Shown here: positions 9,297 to 17,327 of the stretch, piece by piece
Layout of the letters: the number at the start of each line of letters is the position of its first letter
Position numbering within the stretch: the stretch's first letter is position 1
IMG/VR virus record: IMGVR_UViG_3300037722_000432
Coordinates: 1-62,411 of that record
DNA from: a virus
Taxonomy: Duplodnaviria > Caudoviricetes
Length of the DNA: 62,411 bases
Reading direction: 5' to 3' (one strand)
Position numbers and translations under genes: made by a program
Notes under the pieces: generated by a model
The model's database searches: none
Told to the model about the DNA's origin: nothing
What the model saw: only the letters and a program-made list of their open reading frames with translations

Positions 9297-10075
9297 GTCA
9301 CCCGATCACGCGGGAAGAGGAGTCCCCAACCCCTCGACCCAGATGGGCGAAGTGATCTCAGGATGGGTGCCGCTAGGCCAGGGGATAAACAACCGATGAC
9401 CACACCAAACGGCTGTTGGGATGAAATTAGCGAAGTCGGGTTGTCTGGTTAATCCCCTGGTTCCCAGCGTTGGAGTTGGGTTGAGAGTTGTTGACAATCT
9501 AGGTTTCAAGATGTGGTCCGGGTTGCGGTCTTGGCTCGGGTAGTAGCCACATCCCTAGCTGTGAGGGACACAAGACAAGTGGGACATTCGCGATAGTCCT
9601 GCGTAGGAGGGGAGTGCGACAGATCTCCTTGCAAAAGGTGGTCTCCTGAGGAAACTGGGAGACTCGCACTCTCATTCTATCTTGACAATCTAGGTTAGGG
9701 GGTTGGGGTAATGGCAGCGCAAGCCCTTGGCATCTAGCGGTGCCTCGGGCCATTATCCTTTCCCTCTTCGCGAGGTAGAGCAGTCTGGTAGCTCGCCACC
9801 CTCATACGGTGGAGGTCGTGGGTTCAAATCCCACCCTCGCAACAACAGCCCTATCAATGTTGGCCGGTCCCCGAGGCGACGATGGGGTAGGGAGTTCGGA
9901 GTGAGAAGAAGTATCGGGACGAGGCTACTTTCTAGGGGTAGCTAGCTCTGACTCCCGCCGGTTGTAGGCTCGGGTAAGAACTCATCGGGTAGCCCTACTA
10001 GTGGGTCCGGTTTAGCTACGTAGCTGGGAGACCAGCAAATCTTGGTGAAAGGCCGAGGCCCGAGCCTGCTATTCT
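9297..10075 (+). ncRNA. Candidate giant structured ncRNA (GOLLD/ROOL-like size and context) with embedded tRNA
   Basis: No credible ORF. Many helices with G-U pairs: 9299-9309/9352-9369, 9378-9386/9452-9460, 9510-9516/9547-9553, 9611-9619/9664-9672, 9706-9715/9749-9758, 9891-9902/9945-9955, 9964-9975/10058-10069. GNRA loops (GCAA, GAAA) are present. Confidence 0.65.
9769..9842 (+). tRNA. tRNA with CAT anticodon, initiator (fMet)-type body
   Basis: Full cloverleaf: acceptor CGCGAGG/CCTCGCA with C1:A72 mismatch, D stem GAGC/GCTC, anticodon arm CCACC-CTCATAC-GGTGG, T arm GTGGG-TTCAAAT-CCCAC. CCA is not encoded. Confidence 0.92.
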
Positions 10076-10082
10076 TCCCTCG

Positions 10083-10310
10083 ATGCTCTTTCACCCTCGT
10101 CATACCTTCGACCCGGACCATCCAGCGGACCCGTCCCCTCCCACCTTTTGGAACCGTCTCCGTTGCCGCGTCCACGGCCATTACACCCATCTCGACTTCA
10201 TCGACCCGGATAGCAACGTTCACCTGATCTGCCTGCGTTGTTCCCTCATCCTTGTCGTCTCTTGGCCGCGGGCTAATGTTGTTGGTGGTGACACCGTGGC
10301 CCAACATTGA
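10083..10310 (+). CDS. Small putative zinc-binding protein
   Basis: LRCRVHGH...CLRC motif. Confidence 0.45.
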   Translation: MLFHPRHTFDPDHPADPSPPTFWNRLRCRVHGHYTHLDFIDPDSNVHLICLRCSLILVVSWPRANVVGGDTVAQH

Positions 10311-10333
10311 CAGACGTTGACTAGATTGTAGAT

Positions 10334-11899
10334 ATGACTCTTCCTATCCCACTTCCTTACGAGCCGATCCCCTTCCCACCGGCCAATCGTATGACCCCAG
10401 AAGTCAACCGGATAGCTGGGTTGGACGCGGCCATAGTCCGTACCCTGTTTGATGACCTAAGCGCAGAGACGGTCAATTTCACCAAGTACCGCAACTACTA
10501 CGATGGAGAGCAGGGTTTCGTCTACGGGACAGAGAAGTTCAAGGAGCTATTCCCAGACTTCAAGGGGCTCAAGGACAACTGGTGTGGAGTGGTCATTGAC
10601 GCTATGGCCGACAAGATGAAACTCATCGGGATAGAACTCGATTCCAAAGACGGGAACGAGGAAGGTGAGAATCCCATAGCCAAACAGATTTGGGATGCCT
10701 TTCGCCGTAACGACATTGACGAACAGCAAGCAGATCTAACGGAGGGTGTTTTTGTCGAAGGTCGAGCCGCGGTCTTAGTCTGGCCGGATGAAGAGTTGGG
10801 AGTCCGTGTTGATTGGCAGCCCGCATCTCTGGTTAAGGTCAGATACTCCGAAGAGGACTACCGCAAGCCTGTTGTTGGGGTGAAGCGTTGGGTTACCCCA
10901 TCAGGTGAGATCCGCGTCAACGTGTATGACGATAAGGAGGTCCGCAAATACACGGAAGGGAAAGATCAAGCCCTCCCTGAACCCCAAAAGGCTGGGACTA
11001 TCTCCGCGACTATCCCACAGAAGTCACCAACTCTATCTCTTTCTCCCAGATTTGTAGAAGGGGAAGAGTGGCCTCTACCCCACGACTTTGAGATGGTCCC
11101 CATAGTCGAGTTCCATAACAAGCGGGGGAGCGAACTCAAAGACGTTATCCCACTCCAAGACGGGATCAACTACCTGCTTGTTTCTGCCTTTGTCGCGGGG
11201 GAGTTTTCAGCCCTCAAGCAGAAGATCTTTTTCACCCACTTGAAAGCCCCCCCAGGCGGATGGAGTAACAAGCCTGGACGCGTATGGCATCTCCCACCGA
11301 TGGTGGACTCAGATGGGAAGCTCCTACACGGGCAGCATGGGGAGTTCAACGAGACCGATTTGAGCGGGTACCGCCAGATAATCGAAATGGTCCTCCAACA
11401 TCTAGCTCTCACATCCAAGACTCCAGTGAGGATGTTCTTCAAGTCGGATCGTGGAGGTAGGGGAGACGCCCCATCCGGTGAGAGCGAACTGATCGAGGAC
11501 GAACCGCTCCTCGATAAAGTGGCAGATCGGATGACCAAACTGGGCAACCGCTGGTTCCAGGTCGCCAGGTTGGTGGGGAAGGCTCTTGGGATCGAGGGGG
11601 AGCTTCTTGGGGAAATGCTATGGCAGGACCCACGAACCAAGTATCGAACCTCTCTTCTGGATGAGGGAATCAAATACGCAGCACCCTTGGATAAGGGGGG
11701 CTTGGGACTGCCCATCGAATGGGTTGTGAAGCGGTTGGGATTGTCCCCCGAAGAGTTGGCTGAACTTCAAGAACTCCTTACCCAACAACTAGAGGAAGAG
11801 AAGGCTCTCCAAGAGGCGATGGTAAAGGCTGAGGCAGCGGGCGGGAATGGAAACGGGAATACGGGCAGCGGGACTTCTGGTCCCCAATCGACTAAATAG
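10334..11899 (+). CDS. Portal protein (SPP1 gp6-like)
   Basis: YYDGEQ, NWCGVVIDA, PIVEFHN and SGES motifs; 521 aa; lies after terL. Confidence 0.92.
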   Translation: MTLPIPLPYEPIPFPPANRMTPEVNRIAGLDAAIVRTLFDDLSAETVNFTKYRNYYDGEQGFVYGTEKFKELFPDFKGLKDNWCGVVIDAMADKMKLIGIELDSKDGNEEGENPIAKQIWDAFRRNDIDEQQADLTEGVFVEGRAAVLVWPDEELGVRVDWQPASLVKVRYSEEDYRKPVVGVKRWVTPSGEIRVNVYDDKEVRKYTEGKDQALPEPQKAGTISATIPQKSPTLSLSPRFVEGEEWPLPHDFEMVPIVEFHNKRGSELKDVIPLQDGINYLLVSAFVAGEFSALKQKIFFTHLKAPPGGWSNKPGRVWHLPPMVDSDGKLLHGQHGEFNETDLSGYRQIIEMVLQHLALTSKTPVRMFFKSDRGGRGDAPSGESELIEDEPLLDKVADRMTKLGNRWFQVARLVGKALGIEGELLGEMLWQDPRTKYRTSLLDEGIKYAAPLDKGGLGLPIEWVVKRLGLSPEELAELQELLTQQLEEEKALQEAMVKAEAAGGNGNGNTGSGTSGPQSTK

Positions 11900-12008
11900 G
11901 TCCCTCCCGCCGCTTCCAATCAAAATCCCTTTCAAGCCAGTAGATCTATCCAGATTCGATTTGCTCTACTATCCTCCTCTTTGGCACTAGTCAACCCAGG
12001 AGGTAAGA

Positions 12009-12803
12009 GTGCGTAACGGCAGGACCGTGAAGGACGCGGGGGATCATGCAGAGGACCCAGGGAAGTTCGGGATTTTGGGGAGTGCATTAGATCCCTACAT
12101 CTTCCACCCATTCCTCGTCGGGGCTGAGGGCGCAGGCGATGGGGGAAAAGGTGGTTCCGCGGGAGGATCAGCAGGGGACTCAGGCGACGGCGGTGGAGCC
12201 GCGTCTGGCAGCGGAGATGGGGGAGATGGCTCTGGAGACGGGGGAGGGACCGGAGGTAACGGTACTGGTGACGGGGGAGACGGGGACGGCTCAGGCGACG
12301 GGACCGAACCCAAGACTTTCGACCAGGCATACGTCGAGAAGCTGAGAAAGGAAAACGCCGAGAACCGTGTCAAAGCCAAGACCGCTTTGGAGGAGTTGGA
12401 CAAGCGGAAGAAAGCCGAGATGGATGACCTCACTCGTGCCCAGACCGAACGGGACGAGGAGAAAACGGCACGGGAGGCGTCAGAGACCCAACTCGCTCAG
12501 CTTCGACTTGAACTAGCTGTTACCCAGGCAGCTACCGGAGCCAACTTCCATGACCCTGGGGACGCCATGTCCCTGATCTCCCCGAGCGAGATCTCCCTCA
12601 ATGATGATGGGATTCCGAACAAGCAATCGGTCGAGGCAGCCGTTAAGCGCCTGGCCGACGCCAAACCCCATCTTGTGAAGGGGAAAGTCCCCGGTACAGG
12701 AGATGGTGGCACGAGAGGTAGGGCTCCTGCTACAGTGGAGGAGAAGCAAGCCGAGTACCAGAAACAATTTCAACATGCAGGTGGCGTCCCCAAGCCTTCA
12801 TAA
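12009..12803 (+). CDS. Capsid scaffolding protein
   Basis: Gly/Asp-rich linker, KTFDQAYVEKLRKENAENR coiled coil, KPHL C-terminal motif; GGAGG RBS. Confidence 0.85.
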   Translation: MRNGRTVKDAGDHAEDPGKFGILGSALDPYIFHPFLVGAEGAGDGGKGGSAGGSAGDSGDGGGAASGSGDGGDGSGDGGGTGGNGTGDGGDGDGSGDGTEPKTFDQAYVEKLRKENAENRVKAKTALEELDKRKKAEMDDLTRAQTERDEEKTAREASETQLAQLRLELAVTQAATGANFHDPGDAMSLISPSEISLNDDGIPNKQSVEAAVKRLADAKPHLVKGKVPGTGDGGTRGRAPATVEEKQAEYQKQFQHAGGVPKPS

Positions 12804-12909
12804 GCCCAGGGACGGGGGACCAGGGCTCAGGTAGCCCAGCGGATTTAGTCAGGAACTTACCGCCCTTCCGAAACCCACTTGCGGATCGGCTTCCCGGAAG
12901 GAGAAAGAT

Positions 12910-13395
12910 ATGGCGCGAGTTTCAAGCGCCCCAGAAGGCGGTAAGTTCCGAGCCACAGCCGCGGCAGCCATTGATGGCGAGGCCGCGTTGTGGGGGGGAC
13001 CAGCGGGTTTCGAGAACCTGTTGTGTGTGGAGATCGAGGACGCCACAGGTGAGATCATTCTCGCCACCCCCACCCATTGCGACGGCATCATCGACGTGAC
13101 CGAGGGGAAGACCGAAAAGGCCGAGCGCCTTCTCGGTGCTACGGCTTTCCGTGAGGCTGTCGGTGGCAAGCGGTACACGGTTCTGAAGAGAGCCCAACTC
13201 CAGGAGATGAACGATGGCGTTCTCGCCGCTGGAGATCGCCTGTACGCCGATGCCGCGGGGGCCATCCGTGTAGGTCAAGCCGGTGGAGCCGGTGACATCT
13301 TCGTGGGCATCATCCTCCCCGATTCCACCGTTCGTGACGGGTCCGGGTTGTACCTGGATCTCGACATCAACGGCGCTCCGGTCGGAACGGCGTAA
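12910..13395 (+). CDS. Capsid decoration/cement protein
   Basis: Lies between scaffold and MCP; AGDRLYADAAG motif typical of decoration proteins. Confidence 0.65.
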   Translation: MARVSSAPEGGKFRATAAAAIDGEAALWGGPAGFENLLCVEIEDATGEIILATPTHCDGIIDVTEGKTEKAERLLGATAFREAVGGKRYTVLKRAQLQEMNDGVLAAGDRLYADAAGAIRVGQAGGAGDIFVGIILPDSTVRDGSGLYLDLDINGAPVGTA

Positions 13396-13408
13396 GGGGG
13401 ATAGGGAA

Positions 13409-14593
13409 ATGACAAATCCAAAGCTCAAGACCTACCTCGACCTCTACAAGCGAAATCCCGATGGGCTCGCAATCTTGATGATGCAGAACCCTCGGATTCT
13501 CGCCGGAGCCATCGGAGCCTTCACGGGTGCCGAGGGCGAAGGCGGATCGTTCATGGTGCAGGACGTTCCAGAGACCGTCTCTGGAACCAACGTCACCTTG
13601 GATGGTCAGCCGCTATCCGAGATCTGGGCAGACCTCCAGGTGAGGTTGTCCGCGTTCAACACCCAGATGTCGTTCATGGTGTCTCTGTTTTCCTTCCCGG
13701 TGCAGAGAGCCCAGGAGCGCGTCGGGATCTACCAGACTCCTCGTTTTGAGGATGCCACCGAACTGGGCCGTCCCCAGAAGATCAGATTGCAGCATGTCTT
13801 CCGCGGGTTCCCGCTGAAGCACAAGGATCTGGCCTTCGGGTACACCCAGGAGTTCTTGGACTCCTCCAGGGGAGACGAGATCCGCGCGGTTGCGTCCCAG
13901 GCCGAGAACGCCTGGTGGAACCTCAACATGGAGACAGTCCTGGCGGCTCTCTTCAACAACGTCAACTTGGTGGACGATGAAGGCGTGTCGGTGAAGCGGT
14001 TGTATAACGCGGATGGGGAGGTCCCCCCGCCGTACAAGCGTCACACCCACGACGGCACCCACACCCACTATCTCACGACCGGCGCAGCCGCGATTGGGGT
14101 GGAGGACCTGGAAGCCATCGAGGATCACCTTCTGCACCACGGCTACGGCGACTTTGGTGAGAAGTTCATCCTTCACGCCAACCGCGTCGAGATCCTGGAC
14201 ATTCGAGCGTTGACGGGGTTCGTCCCCGCCACGACCTCGACCGTTCCCATCATCGTTGATGGACAGGTCATCGGTCAGCAGCGTTCGGGGATTCCCGGAC
14301 TCGACCCCGAGGGCTACTTCGGGAAGCTGGTCATCGTGGAGAACAACGACATTCCGATTGGATACCTGCTCGCCAAGGCGACAGGTGGGCAGTTCGCCAG
14401 TCAGAACCCCGTTGGGCTCCGCTCCCACGACAACCCTGGCATCAGGGGCATGAGGCTGATCGAAGGCCCAGTCGCGAGGTACCCCCTCATTGACGCGGTC
14501 TACGACGGCTATCTCGGAGCCGGTGTGCGGCATCGAGGCGGTGCGGTCGTGATGCAAGTGACGGCAGGGGCATACGCGGTACCAACCTTGTAA
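13409..14593 (+). CDS. Major capsid protein
   Basis: About 394 aa in the MCP position; ATELGRP and LYNADG..PP.YK..TH.GTHTHY motifs; C/G-ending codon bias; followed by a strong hairpin. Confidence 0.85.
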   Translation: MTNPKLKTYLDLYKRNPDGLAILMMQNPRILAGAIGAFTGAEGEGGSFMVQDVPETVSGTNVTLDGQPLSEIWADLQVRLSAFNTQMSFMVSLFSFPVQRAQERVGIYQTPRFEDATELGRPQKIRLQHVFRGFPLKHKDLAFGYTQEFLDSSRGDEIRAVASQAENAWWNLNMETVLAALFNNVNLVDDEGVSVKRLYNADGEVPPPYKRHTHDGTHTHYLTTGAAAIGVEDLEAIEDHLLHHGYGDFGEKFILHANRVEILDIRALTGFVPATTSTVPIIVDGQVIGQQRSGIPGLDPEGYFGKLVIVENNDIPIGYLLAKATGGQFASQNPVGLRSHDNPGIRGMRLIEGPVARYPLIDAVYDGYLGAGVRHRGGAVVMQVTAGAYAVPTL

Positions 14594-14616
14594 GCTCTGA
14601 TCGGTGCAGGAACCCA

Positions 14617-14648
14617 GTAGGAGGGAGGTCTTCGGATCTCCCTCCTAC
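14617..14648 (+). terminator. Stable hairpin after MCP
   Basis: GTAGGAGGGAGGTC-TTCG-GATCTCCCTCCTAC; no U-tract. Confidence 0.7.
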
Positions 14649-14710
14649 CGCGTTCAAGGGTGATGGGATAACATAGGGAGATAAGTCCACTCACCCAGGA
14701 AGGACCCACC

Positions 14711-15127
14711 ATGACCAAGGAAATCACCAGGGACATCGTTGCCGAAGCAGTCAGGGAACACGCCCGCCGTGGACACCCCGAGCATGGAGCCCGTCTACGC
14801 AAGCTATTCAACGCCGGGGCTGAGATCCCTTCCGAGTTGGTGGACTTCACTGGGATCAAAAGTGAGAAGCCCAACATAGGGGTTCTGGAAATGCCCCCAC
14901 GTACCGGCCCAGGTAGCGGAGGGGTGCAATGGAGGAAGTTCGCCGTCGAGGTAAGTGACCTTGACATGGCTGTTCTTTCCAAGATGGGTCGAGATGAGGT
15001 AATCGACATTCTGGAAACCCGTGGCATCATCCCAACAGTCGAGGAACAAGCTGAGGAAAAAGCCAAGGTTGAGGCAGAGGCGAAGGAAGCGGCCAAGGAA
15101 GAGACCAAGGCCGAGAGCGAGGGCTAA
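14711..15127 (+). CDS. Hypothetical virion-associated protein
   Basis: PP.TGPGS..W motif followed by an EAK-rich tail; good RBS. Confidence 0.6.
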   Translation: MTKEITRDIVAEAVREHARRGHPEHGARLRKLFNAGAEIPSELVDFTGIKSEKPNIGVLEMPPRTGPGSGGVQWRKFAVEVSDLDMAVLSKMGRDEVIDILETRGIIPTVEEQAEEKAKVEAEAKEAAKEETKAESEG

Positions 15128-15208
15128 ATTCCCCTTTTCCTCCCTCCAATCAAGTCCTTTCCTTTCCACCGTCCCAACCCCTCGGTACCCTGACTATCAA
15201 CAGGAGGA

Positions 15209-15766
15209 ATGATGCACGAATTGATTAGGGATCATCGCCAGTCTGAGGTAGGGCCAGAACAGATGGCCGTGTCGGGGTTGGTAACCGCGATTCTCCGGGA
15301 CGAGATCACAGGTCTCTATCGGGTTTATCGAACCAGAAACATCATCACCGACGTTGGGGACATCTACTACGCTCAGTTGGGAGCGGGAGAAGCCGTCACC
15401 AACGCCTTCGATTCTCTGTGGCTAGGTCAGGCGGCAGGGTCCTCAGCCCCGGCAAAGGGTAATGACTCGGACGATCTCGACTTCATCGCGTCCACAGCCA
15501 AGACCGTCAAAGCCACCTACCCCAAGACCAATGACACTGGAGACGCAGATAACACAGGTGATGGCGTAGACATCGTTACCTGGACGTTTGAGTACGCGGC
15601 GGGGGACTTCACTCACGCGGCGATCACGGACGGGATGATCGGGGTTGGAGCCTATGGAGCAGCCGAGCCGATTCTCACCCATTTCGAGTTCACTGGCGGG
15701 GCTTTCGAGAAGACTGCATCCGACACTCTCAAGGTGATCGTCAACCACGCCTTCACTGGGGTCTGA
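15209..15766 (+). CDS. Virion structural protein (fibre anchor-like)
   Basis: NIITDVG...F.KTASDTLKV motif seen in phage fibre-base proteins; AGGAGG RBS. Confidence 0.6.
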   Translation: MMHELIRDHRQSEVGPEQMAVSGLVTAILRDEITGLYRVYRTRNIITDVGDIYYAQLGAGEAVTNAFDSLWLGQAAGSSAPAKGNDSDDLDFIASTAKTVKATYPKTNDTGDADNTGDGVDIVTWTFEYAAGDFTHAAITDGMIGVGAYGAAEPILTHFEFTGGAFEKTASDTLKVIVNHAFTGV

Positions 15767-15914
15767 TCCGTGACCTCTGAAAAGGGGAAAACCTCAGAAC
15801 AAGTGATCGTGGTTCTCAACCCAGGGAAAAGAGATTCTTTCTGGGGGAGAGTTCGGGGTTGGTTGAAGAGGGGAAAAACCTAGGGTGGTTTGTTCTAAGG
15901 GTCCGGGTCGATGA

Positions 15915-17327
15915 ATGGCCGAGGTACTACTCCGTAAGTCGATCCCTGGGCAGAAGATCGAAGACGATGTTGATATTGGCCTGGTCTATGACGATGTAAC
16001 CGGCCAGGTGGTCGGCTTCTACGGCCACAACAACACCGAGGACACGGTCCATCTATCTCTCGGGATCGGTGCTCGCATCGAGAGAATCACTCTGGCCCCG
16101 TTTACCTCTGTTCGACAACGGGTCAATCTCCCTCAGGGTCGTAGAGTTGTCATGCGACCGGCGACCATTGCCGACCATCCTTGGCAGCAGGGATTGGGGT
16201 GGGTAGCCGGGTTTGATTCGATCACCGTCGAGCGGGTGTACACGAATCCGGCACGCAACTCTCCAGTGGTGTTGTCAGAGGCGCTTACAGAGTTCATTTC
16301 GTCTGAGACCACTTCTCACAGCACGCCAATGCCAGCCACGGTTGACCCCGGTGATCTGCTCGATGCCGGGGCTTATTGCACAGGTACTCCGACCATCACA
16401 GCTAGTGGGTTCACCCTGACTGGCACTCAAACCAACGTCAGTGGTTCCGGGACCCGACTGAGTTTGTTCGCCAGGGATGCTGTTGGTGATGAGGATGGGA
16501 CCAACGTCGATTTCGTGAGTAGCGCCGCCTCGTTCATGTATGTGCTCATTCGTCGGATCGAAGTGGGTACATGGTCTGGTGATGTTGCTGATATAGAGGC
16601 CGCGTTTGCCACCGGGACATCGGTGACACCTGATCCTCCGAACTTAGCCCCAAGTGGTGGATCGGCTGATTACCTGTGGATTACCTATGGTTGCAAGGAC
16701 GCCACTGGAACGATCACTAGCGCGCCCACTGACTATACGAATCTGATCGCTAGCACCGATAACTTTGGATCGGCCCGGAGAACCTTTGAAGGCTCGTCTG
16801 AGAATCCGGGTACCTTTGGTGGAGCTAACTCGGAGCCGTACATTGCAGCGACCGAGGCTGTCCCTCCAGCGGCTCCAGTGGGAGAATTGGTTAGTCTCTA
16901 CCCCACCGCGGACGGGACCGACACCGATGTTGTGGACGAAGGGGACGCGACCACCGATCTGTTCGCGTCCATTGATGATGACCCGTCCTCACCCAACGAC
17001 ACGGACTGGAACAACAACACCGACGACGCGGGCCAAGCGTTCTACTTCCTAACCGACATGCCATCCCTGTTCGACGTGGCCGTGTCCGCGACAATCACGG
17101 TTCGGTATCGAGGGGCCGCATATGACGGAACTGGGACTGTCACTCTTTACGCGCGGCTCTACCAGTCAGACGAGTCCACCGCCCTCTCCGATGAAGTCCA
17201 AGTGGCCCAGGTGACGGCTGATGGTTCTTTCGCCAATACGTCGGCGGTGACTCTGACTGGGATCGTCGCTGGAAGTAAGACAATCTGGGATGGGGCTCGA
17301 CTGAGACTCCGATGGGAGCGCACCTAG
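15915..17327 (+). CDS. Virion fibre/adhesin-like beta-rich protein
   Basis: Thr/Gly/Asp-rich beta-sandwich-like modules within the structural cluster. Confidence 0.6.
   Translation: MAEVLLRKSIPGQKIEDDVDIGLVYDDVTGQVVGFYGHNNTEDTVHLSLGIGARIERITLAPFTSVRQRVNLPQGRRVVMRPATIADHPWQQGLGWVAGFDSITVERVYTNPARNSPVVLSEALTEFISSETTSHSTPMPATVDPGDLLDAGAYCTGTPTITASGFTLTGTQTNVSGSGTRLSLFARDAVGDEDGTNVDFVSSAASFMYVLIRRIEVGTWSGDVADIEAAFATGTSVTPDPPNLAPSGGSADYLWITYGCKDATGTITSAPTDYTNLIASTDNFGSARRTFEGSSENPGTFGGANSEPYIAATEAVPPAAPVGELVSLYPTADGTDTDVVDEGDATTDLFASIDDDPSSPNDTDWNNNTDDAGQAFYFLTDMPSLFDVAVSATITVRYRGAAYDGTGTVTLYARLYQSDESTALSDEVQVAQVTADGSFANTSAVTLTGIVAGSKTIWDGARLRLRWERT

Noticed and set aside
9924-9942. Hairpin GCTACT-TTCTAGG-GGTAGC resembling an amber-suppressor (CUA) anticodon arm
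   Set aside because: There is no D or T arm or cloverleaf around it, and the loop can close further with U-G pairs. Treated as part of the large RNA.
9306-10307. Short ORFs called in the terL-portal gap (other than 10083-10310)
   Set aside because: They lack RBS and motifs, and overlap the tRNA and RNA helices.
13613-14557. 314-aa antisense ORF and similar shadow ORFs (for example 44247-44843, 18053-18649)
   Set aside because: They mirror codon-biased real genes on the opposite strand and have no motifs.
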